This document shows, one piece after another, positions 26,631 to 38,173 of a DNA stretch of 64,000 bases (the stretch's first letter is position 1; the number at the start of each line of letters is the position of its first letter). The stretch lies in NCBI GenBank assembly GCA_951406725.2, contig OX597828.1:67952001-68016000 (forward strand). Direction: 5' to 3'. The notes under the pieces are model-generated. The model saw only the letters and a program-made list of their open reading frames with translations, had not been told where the DNA came from and searched no databases. A program made the position numbers and the translations under genes. The stretch comes from Octopus vulgaris (lineage: Eukaryota).

Positions 26631-27112
26631 TCATTATCATCTTCATCATTGTTTAACGTCCATTTTCCATGCTAGCATGGGTTGGACGATTTTGACTGAG
26701 GGCTGGCGAACCAGATGGCTGCACCAGGCTCCAATCTTGATCTGGCAGAGTTTCTACAGCTGGATGCCCTTCCTAATGCCAACCACTCCGAGAGTGTAGT
26801 GGGTGCTTTTTACGTGCCATTGTCACGGGCACCAGTCAGGCGGTACTGGCAACGACCTTGCTTGAATCTTTTTACACATGCCAATGGCACAGGTGCCAGT
26901 AAGGTGATGCTGGTAACGATCATGGTCGAATGGTGCCTCCTACATGCCACCGGCACAGAAGCCAGTTAGCCGCACCGGCAACGATCACGCTCGGATGGTG
27001 CTCTTTAGCACTCTACTAGCACGGGGCACAAGTGCCAGTAAGGCGAAGCTGGTAATGATTACATTCAAATGGTGCCTTTTATGTGCCACTGGCATGGAAG
27101 CCAGTTAGCCGC
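26631..27112 (-). mobile_element. RTE family B 3' fragment with about 5 repeat units
   Basis: Colinear with 28655-29120. Confidence 0.85.
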
Positions 27113-27644
27113 TATATATAAATTATATATATATACAGGTATACATAACTGTATAAATGTATAAAGATTCATTGGATTTTGAAAATCTGCCCATACTGTA
27201 TCACCAGTTGACTGTGTGTGTATATATAAATTATATATATATATATATAAATTATATATATACACAGGTATGCATAACTGTGTTTCTTTGTGTGTAATAT
27301 ATAAATGCATATGTCTCTGTATGTGTGCATATATTTTTGTTTATCCATCTCTGTGTACACACACACACACACTCAACCGTTACAGTTATATAGCTTCCTC
27401 AAAAAGATTGTTGCTCGAGTTAACAAACCTCAAAATTGTAATATTGAAATAGAAATAATAATTAAATAACAGTTGATAATTTGCCATTACCAAATTCTTT
27501 TTACTTACTTTCAAGTTTTGGAATTAATTAACAAGAAAATCAATTTTTAGTATTTTGAGGCATTTTTGCATTTATATATATTTTTTCTTTCTCGTTTTTT
27601 GTTTCTCTTAAATCCTGATTATTTCTTCATTTATTTATATATTT

Positions 27645-27676
<32 letters not shown>

Positions 27677-27776
27677 GTAGGTTAGTAAGTCATTATGAAC
27701 ATGAAATTGGTTTTGTATGTTCAGTGCAGATTGTGGATTGTAAAGTACTCACACGTGTGTGTGTTATCAGCAACTC

Positions 27777-27833
<57 letters not shown>

Positions 27834-27970
27834 TTTCAATGTAAGCAGAATATGATGTCATCAACAATCATTTGAAAGACATTATTAACTGTTATCATAA
27901 TATTCTACAACCAATTACGTGTGTGTGTGATGAGATATATACATCAGCACTATATACATATATACATATA

Positions 27971-28228
27971 GGCGCAGGAGTGGCTGCGTGGTAAGTAGCT
28001 TGCTAACCAACCACATGGTTCTGGGTTCAGTCCCACTGCGAGGCATCTTGGCCAAGTGTCTTCTGCTAGAGCCCCGGGCCGACCAATGCCTTATGAGTGG
28101 ATTTGGTAGACAGAAACTGAAAGAAGCCTGTAATATATATGTATATATATATATATATTTCCTCGACTAAAGGCGGTGCTCCAGCATGGCCGCAGTCAAA
28201 TGGCTGAAACAAGTAAAAGAGTAAAGAG
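27971..28228 (+). mobile_element. SINE family C, internally deleted
   Basis: Head and tail match 25050-25453. Confidence 0.85.
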
Positions 28229-28654
28229 TAATATATGTATATATATATATTGGTACGCCAGACCTCAGTCAAATCATTCAACCCATGCTAGCATGGAAAG
28301 TGGACATTAAATGATGACGATGATTATGTATTTATATATGTATGTATGTATGTATATATGTATTTATATATGTATGTATGTATATGTGTGTGTATATACA
28401 TATGTATGAATATATGTATATAAATACACACACACACACACATATATATATACACATATATATGTAAGTATATTATATACATATGTGTGTGTATATATAT
28501 ATATATGTAAGTATATGTATATGTGTGTGTGTGTGTGTATATCTATGTATGTATATTATATGTAGACCTTTAGAGAATCTATACTAACAAAATTGTCTCA
28601 ATGCAACATATCAGCTACTAGATATTTTATATATATATATATTTATTTATGTAC

Positions 28655-30333
28655 ATCATCATCATCATCATCATCGTTTAGCTTCTGCTTTCCATGCTGG
28701 CATGGGTTGGACGATTTAACTGAGGACTGGTGAGCCAGATGGCTGCACCAGGCTCCAATCTGATCTGGCAGAGTTTCTTCAACTGGATGCCCTTCCTAAC
28801 GCCAACCACTCTGAGAGTGTAGTGGGTGCTTTTACATGCCACCAGCCCAAGGGCCAACCAGGCAGTACTGGCAACAGCCACGCTCAGATGGTGTTTTTTA
28901 CGTGCCACCTGTACAGGAACCAATCCAGCGGCAGTGGCAACGACCTCGCTCGAATATTATTTTCATGGGCCACCAGCACAAGTGCCAGTAAGGCAACGCT
29001 GGTAACGATCACACTCGAATGGTGCTTTTTACATGTCACCAGCACAGGAGCCAGTCAGCTGCCCTGGCAATGATCACGCTCGGATGGTGCTCTTAGCGCT
29101 CCACTAGCACAGGTGCCAGTCATGTGGTGCTGTCATCGAATTTGGTTTCAATTTCGATTTCACTTGCCTCAGCAGGTCTTCGCAAGCAGAGTTTAGTGTC
29201 CAATGAAGGAAAGGTACACATAAGTGGACTGGTTACACCTCTGGCATAGGCCACGGATTATGGTCTCACTTGGCTTGCCAGGTCTTCTCAAGCACAGCAT
29301 ATTTCCATATATATATTTATTAGTATATATTGATTGCATTGCAATCCTTAACATTTATGTATTAACTTTGTTGGGTACTTCACTAGCAGTATATTGGATA
29401 TATGTTATCCCATGGAGGGTTGCATTTACAACTCCTATCTCAATTTGTAACTATATTTATATATATATATTTATGTATGTATATATATTTATATATATAT
29501 ATATTTGAGTATATTTATTTATGGATATTAAAAATGTGACCTCATGTGTACCGTTGGCGATTTTTTTTTTTTTTCCTCTGTCTTCCCTTCTCTGGATCTT
29601 TCCTTCTCCTATGTTTCCTGCGCATCCAATAATACTATATTTGTTCCACGTCTTCGCGTTGTGTTTTTTTTTGCTTTCTTGTTTGGATTAACTTTATATA
29701 TATATATATATATGTACATATGTGCTTGACCACCTCATCCCATGTCTTCCTGGGTCTACCTCTACCCCGTATTCTTTCAACTGTTTGGGAGTGGTACTTC
29801 TTCACACATCTCTCTTCATCAATCCATAGTACGTGACCATACCAGTGCAAACGTCTCTCTTGCATGCCACATCTGATATGTCTTTTGTCCAGCATTTCTC
29901 TTAGGGCGCTTACACTCTGTCGTGTGTGCACATTGACATTACACATCCAGCAGATCATGCTAGCTTCATTTCTTTCAAGCCTACGCATGTCCTCTGCAGT
30001 CACAGCTCATGTTTCACTGCTATGAAGCATGGCAGTTCGTACATATGGGTCGTACAATCTATCTTTCACTCTGAGCAAGAGGCCCTTTGACAGCAATAGG
30101 GGTTGAGGCTTTCTAAACTTTGCCCAGGCTATTCTTATTCTAGTGGTGATACTCTCTGAGCATCCACCCCCACTACTAACTTGGTCACCTACGTAGCGGA
30201 AACTACCAACTACTTCTAGTTTCTTCCCCTGGAGTGTGATGGAATCTGTTTTCTGAGTATCTGTGGTGTCTATTGCCCCTGTGCATCTGCCGCACACGAA
30301 AGGTATCTTCTCAGTTAATTTTCCTTTGATGTT
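28655..30333 (-). mobile_element. 5'-truncated RTE-clade LINE (family B): ORF C-terminus and 3' UTR, interrupted at about 29309-29715
   Basis: LEVVGSFRYVGD..RIRIAWAKF..LHSSET*..RRLHWYGHV..GRGRPRKTWDEVVK, resuming WKYAVLEKTWQAK*, then 3' UTR and (GAT)n tail. Confidence 0.9.
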
Positions 30334-30402
30334 GCTGCACCTCTTATATGTATATATGTATGTATATGTATATATATGTATATATATTTGTATATATTTG
30401 TG

Positions 30403-30449
<47 letters not shown>

Positions 30450-30909
30450 ATATATATATGTATACTTATATTTATGTATATATGTGTATATATATATACA
30501 TATATGTATACATATATATATACACATTTTTGAGTTCAGGGTTATTGCATTACATGGACAGGGCAGTGTTCTGTTTTGGAAAAGGAATAAAAGTGATATA
30601 TATTAGTTACTCCCGTCAAGGTCTGAACTTAGAGCATAATGAATCCTAAGATATAAATATATACGTTTATGTCATCATCATCATCATCATCATCATTTAG
30701 CGTCCGTTTTCCATGCTAGCATGTATATGTATATTTATGTATATGTGTGTGTGTGTGTATATATATATACATATATATGTATGTATATATACATATATAT
30801 GTATGTATATATACATATATATGTATGTATATATACATATGTATATATACGTATGTATGTATATATACATATGTATATATACATATGTATGTATGTATAT
30901 GTATGTAGT

Positions 30910-30940
<31 letters not shown>

Positions 30941-31018
30941 TTATGTATATATGTATATATTTATGTATATATGTATATATTTATGTATATATATATATAT
31001 TTATGTGTATATATATAT

Positions 31019-31076
<58 letters not shown>

Positions 31077-31705
31077 GCACTATATATATTTGTTACAGCT
31101 TTGTGTTTATAAATAAGTCATTCACACACACACACACACACACACATTTGCAGTTATCTATCTACGTTTATCTATTTGGTCACCCGCATATTTAAACTCT
31201 GTTAATGATGCAAGAATTTATTTACTATCTTCCATAAAATACCGTATATATATATATATGTGTATACAACTCTTTGGGAAATGATTACACCTACTACTGA
31301 CTATCATTGCCACCAGCATATTCTACCTTTGTTTACAGACTGTAAACAATGAATTTCCAACCAACTTTGCAGGTCTGTTTTCTTATTTACAAATTAAAAT
31401 TCCTCTCTTTCTCTCTCTGTCTCATTCTCTCCTTCCCTCTCACTCTCTCTCACAAACACACACACACACGCACACACACACACATGAACACATGCATGCA
31501 CATATTCAGGCCTCCAATTTTGTAAGGGTGTAGGCTCTCAATTTTTATTACCTGAAGATTTACCTGCTATCATTTTCAGCCTTTTCATAATTTCTGATTT
31601 AGTGTCAAGGCCAGCAATTTTGAAGAGAGAGTGTTAGTCAATAACATCTGACACATTCCTTTCCTTCCACCCTGTTCTTCATTGGTACTCTATTTTATGG
31701 AACCT

Positions 31706-31928
31706 AGGGCGGCAAGCTGGCAGAAACGTTAGCACGCCGGGCAAAATGCGTAGCTGTATTTTGTCTGCCGTTACATTCTGAGTTTAAATTCCTCCGAGGT
31801 CGACTTCTCCTTTCATCCTTTCTGGGTCGATAAATTAAATACCAGTTATACACTGGGGTCGATATAATCGACTTAATCCCTTTGTCTGTCCCATCTGTGT
31901 TTAGCCCCTTGTGGGTAGTAAAGAAATA
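31706..31928 (+). mobile_element. SINE family A with 15-bp TSD, nested in an older minus-strand SINE
   Basis: TATTTTATGGAACCT / TATTTAATGGAACCT flanks. Confidence 0.85.
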
Positions 31929-32373
31929 TATTTAATGGAACCTGGTGGTAGGAAAGGCAAAGTTGACACATGCAGGATTTGAACTTGGAGTTTAAAGGGC
32001 CAAAAAAAACACTACAAATGCTTTAATGCTATTTCTGACAATATCTTTGATTATTGCCACAAGGGCGACAAGAGAAGGAGACATTACAGCTGTGTGTGTG
32101 TGTTTCTTTTATGGCCGGATTCCAACCCAGGCTGAAGCAACAAAGTCCACCCGCCACCCTTCTTAGCCCATCATCACTGCCCCTTAGGTCCTGGATGCAT
32201 TCCAGGCCAGTGTCTGCAATCAAGTTGTTGATGTAAGTGTGACAACATTTTCCTTTTCTTTACATCACCATGAAGTCGGCTCCACAAGACTAACTTGGAT
32301 GCTTCCAGTCCAGGAGTATACACTCAGTGACCAGATAGTCATGTGTGTGTGTCTGTCTGTTTTGGAAAAGGAA

Positions 32374-32688
32374 TCGTTCGTTTGTTGTTTAACGTCCGCT
32401 TTCCATGCTAGCATGGGTTGGATGGTTCGACTGGGGTCTGGGAAGCCAGGAGGCTGCACCAGGCCTAGTCTGGTTAGGCAGCGTTTCTACAACTTGATGC
32501 CCTATCTAACACCAACCACTCCATGAGTGTAGTGGGTGCGTTTTACATGCCACCGGCACAGGGGCCAGGCGAGGCTGGCAATGGCCACGATCAGTTGGTA
32601 CTTTTTACATGCCACCGGCATGGTGGCCAGTCGAGGCGACGCTGACAACAGCCACGTTCGGGTGGTTCTTTTACGTGCCACCGGCACT
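32374..32688 (-). mobile_element. RTE family B 3' fragment
   Basis: Shared terminus and repeat units. Confidence 0.8.
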
Positions 32689-33529
32689 AAAAAGGGTTAA
32701 ATGATAGTTACTTACATCAAGGTGTGAACTTAGAGCATAATGAAACCTAAGATATAAATACCCACTACAAGATGGTATTAAACCCATTTTTTACTCCTTA
32801 TTGTCACTCCATCACCACTGGCACCAATATTGTTTTAAAGAAAAGAAGGAGTTGTATTTGATTAAACAGACAAAGTGTATTACTGGTATTTAGTCTATCT
32901 ATGTTGGCGAATTTATAAATGGATGTAATGACCACCACATGGTGCTTAGCTTTAGCATTGTTGGCCATTTATTTGCATTCATACCCCTCCACATGCACTG
33001 AAAGGTGATGAAGACCACCAAAGCTGGAATCTGGCAGAATTTGAATTCCAAATGTTATATTTACCAAAGTGAATGCTGATTTTTGCCAAAATGCCATTTT
33101 TTAACAATCTTCAGAAATGGACATTTTGGATAATGTGGTTCTAGGTTCCCCGTACAAAGGAAAAAGGGACAGGATTGTCATTGCTGGAATACATTTGATC
33201 ATAGGTTTGCTCAATCATGGAGGACCTGGGTTTAAACAACAACTGCCATTAACAAGTGAACCTCTATGTGGTTGCTAGAAATAGTAGCTCAATTTGCCTC
33301 CCATCTGAAATAAAGGGGATATTGAAGTATTCCAACACCTCCACAGAGAAATGGGATGGTCATAAATTTACTCAATCGGTCTTGACCTTGGTTTAAACAA
33401 CAGTTGCCTGCCATGATACAGTTTTGGAAAGTTGTGGTCATTTTAGCACCCCTTCCTTTCTTCTTCCTTTCCCTTCACATCCAACACCTTCAGTTCTTTC
33501 TATTCTTCTGAGGTCCAGTTGGTCTTTGA

Positions 33530-33672
33530 ATCAAATGAACATGATCAACCTTTGACCCAGAGAACCTTAATTGTTTGTGAGATGGGAACTAATCTTGGCA
33601 ATCAAATGGCATCATCAACCTTTGACCCAGAGAACCTTAATTGTTTGTGAGATGGGAATTAATCTTGGCAAT
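33530..33672. repeat. Tandem duplication with a 70-nt period
   Basis: atcaacctttgacccagagaaccttaattgtttgtgagatgggaa.taatcttggcaat occurs twice. Confidence 0.9.
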
Positions 33673-34134
33673 ACAACCTTTAACCTGGAGAACCAGGTCT
33701 TTGTAGCAGATTCTTGCTGTGACAAAGCCACCATAGACAAAATAAACTATTGTACCATTGCTTATATCTCCTGGGGTTGTGAGTCCCACATCTGAGAGAT
33801 TTAAAATGTGACCAGTACTGATCTCGTTGGACCAAGAGAATCATAAACAGCATGGGGACTGAGATATGTGATGCCATTGCTGTACCCAAGAAGGTCCACC
33901 CACCACAACAGATTCGAGCTCCTTAAAACCAAGGTGACATGCAAAAAGCATTTGTAGTTTCTGGTTCCAGATATAAAACACTGGTGTTGGTGCCACATAA
34001 AAAGCACCCAGTGCACTCTGTGGTTGGCATTAAGAAGGGGGTATCCAGCCAAAACAAACTCTGGATTCCTGGTGTGGGTCCAGGCCTTGTCAAGACGTTA
34101 GATGTTAATGATGATGATGTTGATGGTGAGAAAA

Positions 34135-34575
34135 AAGAGCACCATACGAGTGTGACCATTGACAGAGTGGCTAACCAGCTTCCATGCCAGTGGCATTTAA
34201 AAGGCACCATTTGAGCGTGACGGTTACCAGTGTTGCCTTACTGGCACTCGAACCCCGTGCTAGTAGGGTATTAAGAGCACCATCCGAGCGTGATCGTTGC
34301 TGGAGCTGCTATCTGGCCTCTGTGCCGGTGGCACATAAAAGACACCGTTCGAGCATCATCGTTACCAGCACCGCCTTACTGGCACCTGTGCCGGTGACAT
34401 GTGTAAAAAGATTCGAGCAAGGTCGGAGTGGTTGGCGTTAGGAAGGGCATCCAGCTGTAGAAACTCTGCCACATCAAGATCGGAGTGTGGTGCGGCTGTC
34501 TAGTTTGCCAGCCCTCAGTCAAACCGTCCAACCCATGCTAGCATGGAAAGCAGACGTTAAATGATGATGATGATG
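34135..34575 (+). mobile_element. RTE family B 3' fragment, preceded by a more decayed copy at about 33800-34120
   Basis: Unit array and (GAT)n tail. Confidence 0.85.
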
Positions 34576-36671
34576 GTGGTGGTGGCTGTTAGCAACAAAT
34601 ATGGTAATGTAGAGAACTACTAACAGAATACTTATGTTAAACTTCAATTCTGGCTGCTAAGATCAACTTTGCCTCTCACATTCCATCAGGGTTAATTAAC
34701 TGGATTGTTGTTGTTGTTGCTTAGCACTAATCCCATTCAGATTGAGTAGTTCCCATGAGTAAAGACCTTCCAACTGTGGCCAGTGGTCATAGTCTTCTCT
34801 GTCATAGTGCATCTTTATCCAACCTGTTGGTGTAATTCGAGGAAGATTTGGATGCTAGAAATAGCAACCAGATTTTCCTCAAACCATGCTCTACAAGTTG
34901 ACATGTAGAACAATGGGATCCAGGGATCTCTGTACATACGGAAAAGTCGAGATGGTCACGACTTGATTGCTTTCCATTATAGATAGGTCTGCTGGATCAG
35001 GGCAATCTGCAGGTTAGACGACAACGTTTTACTAGAACGAATGATGTGACGGATAAGGGGTTAATTATTTCAAGGACCAAAGGAGGGCCTTACAGAACAA
35101 TGAAATATAACAAACATAAAAAAAAGACAAAATTAAACTCCAACGAGGGGGACCAATCTGTGGAAACTTCACAGATTCCAGTTTATTTCTCTTCGTGCTA
35201 AGGACAAATGCACTCGGTCAGCTGGATGCCTCAGCACACTTTCTACCAGATTTACTGAAGAGCATCACTGCCCTCTCCTCGCCTTCCTTTCCTAGTATTT
35301 ATAATAATAATAATAATAATAATAGTAAATGCTGTTGCTAGCTCTGACGTCTTTTGGATCATAAGCAAGTTGGACAAGTTCCAGGGCCTTGTTGTTTGTT
35401 CCTTAATGTACTTTCTCTGCATTTTTAACATTCTCACCCATTGCTGCAGAATTTGGTTTTAGCTTTTGCGGCTAGAATTCATAAAAATGTGTCATTTCAC
35501 TGCATACTTTTTTTTTGTTTTTTGTTTTTCCAGGAAAATATATTGGATCAATATACATTTACTTCCTTCCTTCCTCCCTTCCTTCTTTCTCTCTGTCAAA
35601 TCAACCACATACACACAGACACAACTGTGTACATGATGTGTGTGTGTGTGTTTCTGTGTGTGAATATGTATGTCTGTATTATGTAAAGGAAATCAGAACG
35701 GAATATAAAACCGATGAACGTCGTCCAGTTGAATTAAATACACACACGCATGCACACACGCTCTTAATCACATATATACACGTATATAAATGTATATAAT
35801 TAAAATATTTTTTATGGATTAAGCAAATTTATTGTCAGTCTTTCTGCTTTCTTCAATAAATTTAATTGAAACAAAAATTCCTACTTATTCTTCAACCATT
35901 AAATAGTTTAGGGTCAGTTTCTGTGCAATGGGGACTATCCCCCCCTCATTTCTCTCTTTCTCTCCCTCTCACTTCTCTCTCTCTCTCTCTTTCTCTCCCT
36001 TTTCACTTATCTCTCACTTCTCCCTCCCCCCTCTCTCTCTCATAAACACTAATAGTATTTAGCATCAAATAGCTCAACCTTGGGATTCGAACGTGTGCCC
36101 GCTGACACTGAGTGCCGTGTTTACTCACCACTCGATGCCCTTTAGCGAGGGACGCCTCACATGGACACTAGGTCTGCTAGAAAGAGCACCACCGTCGACT
36201 CGAACAGAAGTATATATACATACATTATATATACAATACAACCTTTTAAATAAGTGAGGATGTTCACCACTGGAATGTTTTGGGGCTAAACAACTTCAGC
36301 CAATTGATAATAATAATAATAATAATAATCCCATTAAATAATTCCATCAGTCTTCTATTGTTTTGCCGAAACAAACGATAGATTAGCCCACCTGCTTGTC
36401 TCTAGAAATTCAGTTTTCTTTAAAAAAAAAAGATTATACCAACCTTTAACTGCCTTCCTTTTATTTATTTTTTCTTCTCAGTTTAAAAATATATCACTTA
36501 ACACAGGAAACGAAAGACAATGCATATTATGTACACACATGCATACATATATATATATACATGTATACGCAGGAATAGAATACTTGTGCGTGTGTGCGTG
36601 CGCGTTTTCTTGAGATAAAATGCTGGTGCGTGCACACACATACATACACACAAAATATATACGTATAATAC

Positions 36672-36720
<49 letters not shown>

Positions 36721-37506
36721 CATATAATGTATGTATAATACTCTTGTTTTTAAAATGTTTTCAAGGTAGAAAAGAAAGCAATAAAGAGAACCAATCTTTT
36801 ATTAAGAAAAAAATAAAATAAAAAAACAAGAAAGAAGGAAAAAGAAAATGTAACGAAATCCTTATTTTGCAGTAATTTTATTTTGTGGTATTGATTTTTT
36901 CTGTGAGAATAAGATAAGATGAAATAAAGCGAATTGTGAAAAAACTGTTTTCCGAGATGTCAACGCATCATTTTCATCATCATCATCATCATAATTATGA
37001 TCATTTCATTAAATATTATTATTTGTCTCTTTGGATATATTAGCTTTTATTTAATTAATGCTGACCTATTTTTGTTGTTGTTGTTGTTGTATCCACCCCT
37101 TCTCCAAGAGTGGCTCCACACTCGTTTAACCTAACCGCTACCGACCTCTTCTACCCTTTCACTGCAAAATGGTCGGATCTGGTTGGAAACTGATCTATAA
37201 ATTTCCAGATGCATTGTGTACAATATGTGTGCATGTAAGTTTGTAGTGGCGTGCACACACACACACAATTATTGGTAAATTGTACTGATAACGGCAGATG
37301 CAAGTTAAGTGATGTTCTATGTAGCTGCAATAGCAGTGCTGTTGTTGTTGATGATGATGATGATGATCATGGTGATGGTAGAAGTCAGAGGAGAGAGAGA
37401 GGGTGAGTGAGTGAGTGAGTGAGAGAGAAAAAGAGTGAGTGAGTGAGAGAGGGTGACAGCTAACATTGTTAATGTTATCAAAGTTTGGCAAGAAATGTGC
37501 TCATCC

Positions 37507-37514
37507 TGACGTCA
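37507..37514. promoter_or_regulatory. Perfect CRE palindrome TGACGTCA about 520 nt upstream of the proximal TSS
   Basis: Exact CREB/ATF consensus retaining a CpG in CpG-poor DNA; function untested. Confidence 0.45.
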
Positions 37515-37999
37515 TTTCTCCATCTAGGTGTGTGAGCCACACTGCACAGCTAGTGGCTACCTTCCACCACCAATCAACCAGCCGAACCACTAGCACAAAC
37601 CGATTAACTTAGAAATTACCAAGCACTTGCACAGCAACAATGCTCTCTCCCTTTCTCCATTAACTCTTCTTCCACATTCGCACTTTCTTCTCACTCTCCA
37701 CTTCACTCTCTCTCCTCCCCATTCTCCTCTCTCATCTTTTCTCTCTTTCTCATTAACCTCCTTATTCGTCCTCCTTATTCTACTTTCTCCCTCTCTTTCT
37801 TTCTCTCTCTCTCTCACTCCTTCATATATTATTATATATTCACCCTTTCTCATTAACATAATGCTGTAGAGTTACTTCCCCTATTTCTGCACTCCTCCAA
37901 CTCACTCCTTACAGTAGTAACAGTGGTGGCGCTGTACTGACCTAGTTTCCAGCCAGCTGTCTTGTTCCTGCTCCTCCTCTTCCTTCTCCTCCTCCTGTC

Positions 38000-38038
38000 T
38001 ATATAAAGGCACCGACCTCACGCCAGTGCGGCTCAGTT
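38000..38038 (+). promoter_or_regulatory. Sestrin proximal core promoter: TATA box (TATATAAAG 38000-38008) and Inr (TCAGTT 38033-38038)
   Basis: TATA lies about 33 nt upstream of the Inr adenine and about 80 nt upstream of the ATG. Confidence 0.7.
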
Positions 38039-38116
38039 CGCTTAGTCGTGGCCGTCTTCTCATGGTACCAGCACACTCCACGATATTATTCTATTATTGT
38101 TATCCACCCAGTAAAA

Positions 38117-38173
38117 ATGACTATGGGAGTTCTGAAGGCAGTTGTCACCGATCGAAACCACAACGAACAAAAA
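38117..38173 (+). CDS. SESN: Sestrin proximal first coding exon [19 protein letters not shown]
   Basis: ATG in AAAATG context about 80 nt after TATA/Inr. Ends AAA|GTAAGC in phase 0, compatible with downstream exons. Confidence 0.75.

Noticed and set aside
28826-29120. CRISPR-like look of the 65-nt repeat array
   Set aside because: Eukaryotic LINE UTR, variable part only about 10 nt, degenerate repeats, no cas genes
35363-35381. p53 response element upstream of Sestrin
   Set aside because: The two RRRCWWGYYY half-sites overlap by 1 nt and one is imperfect
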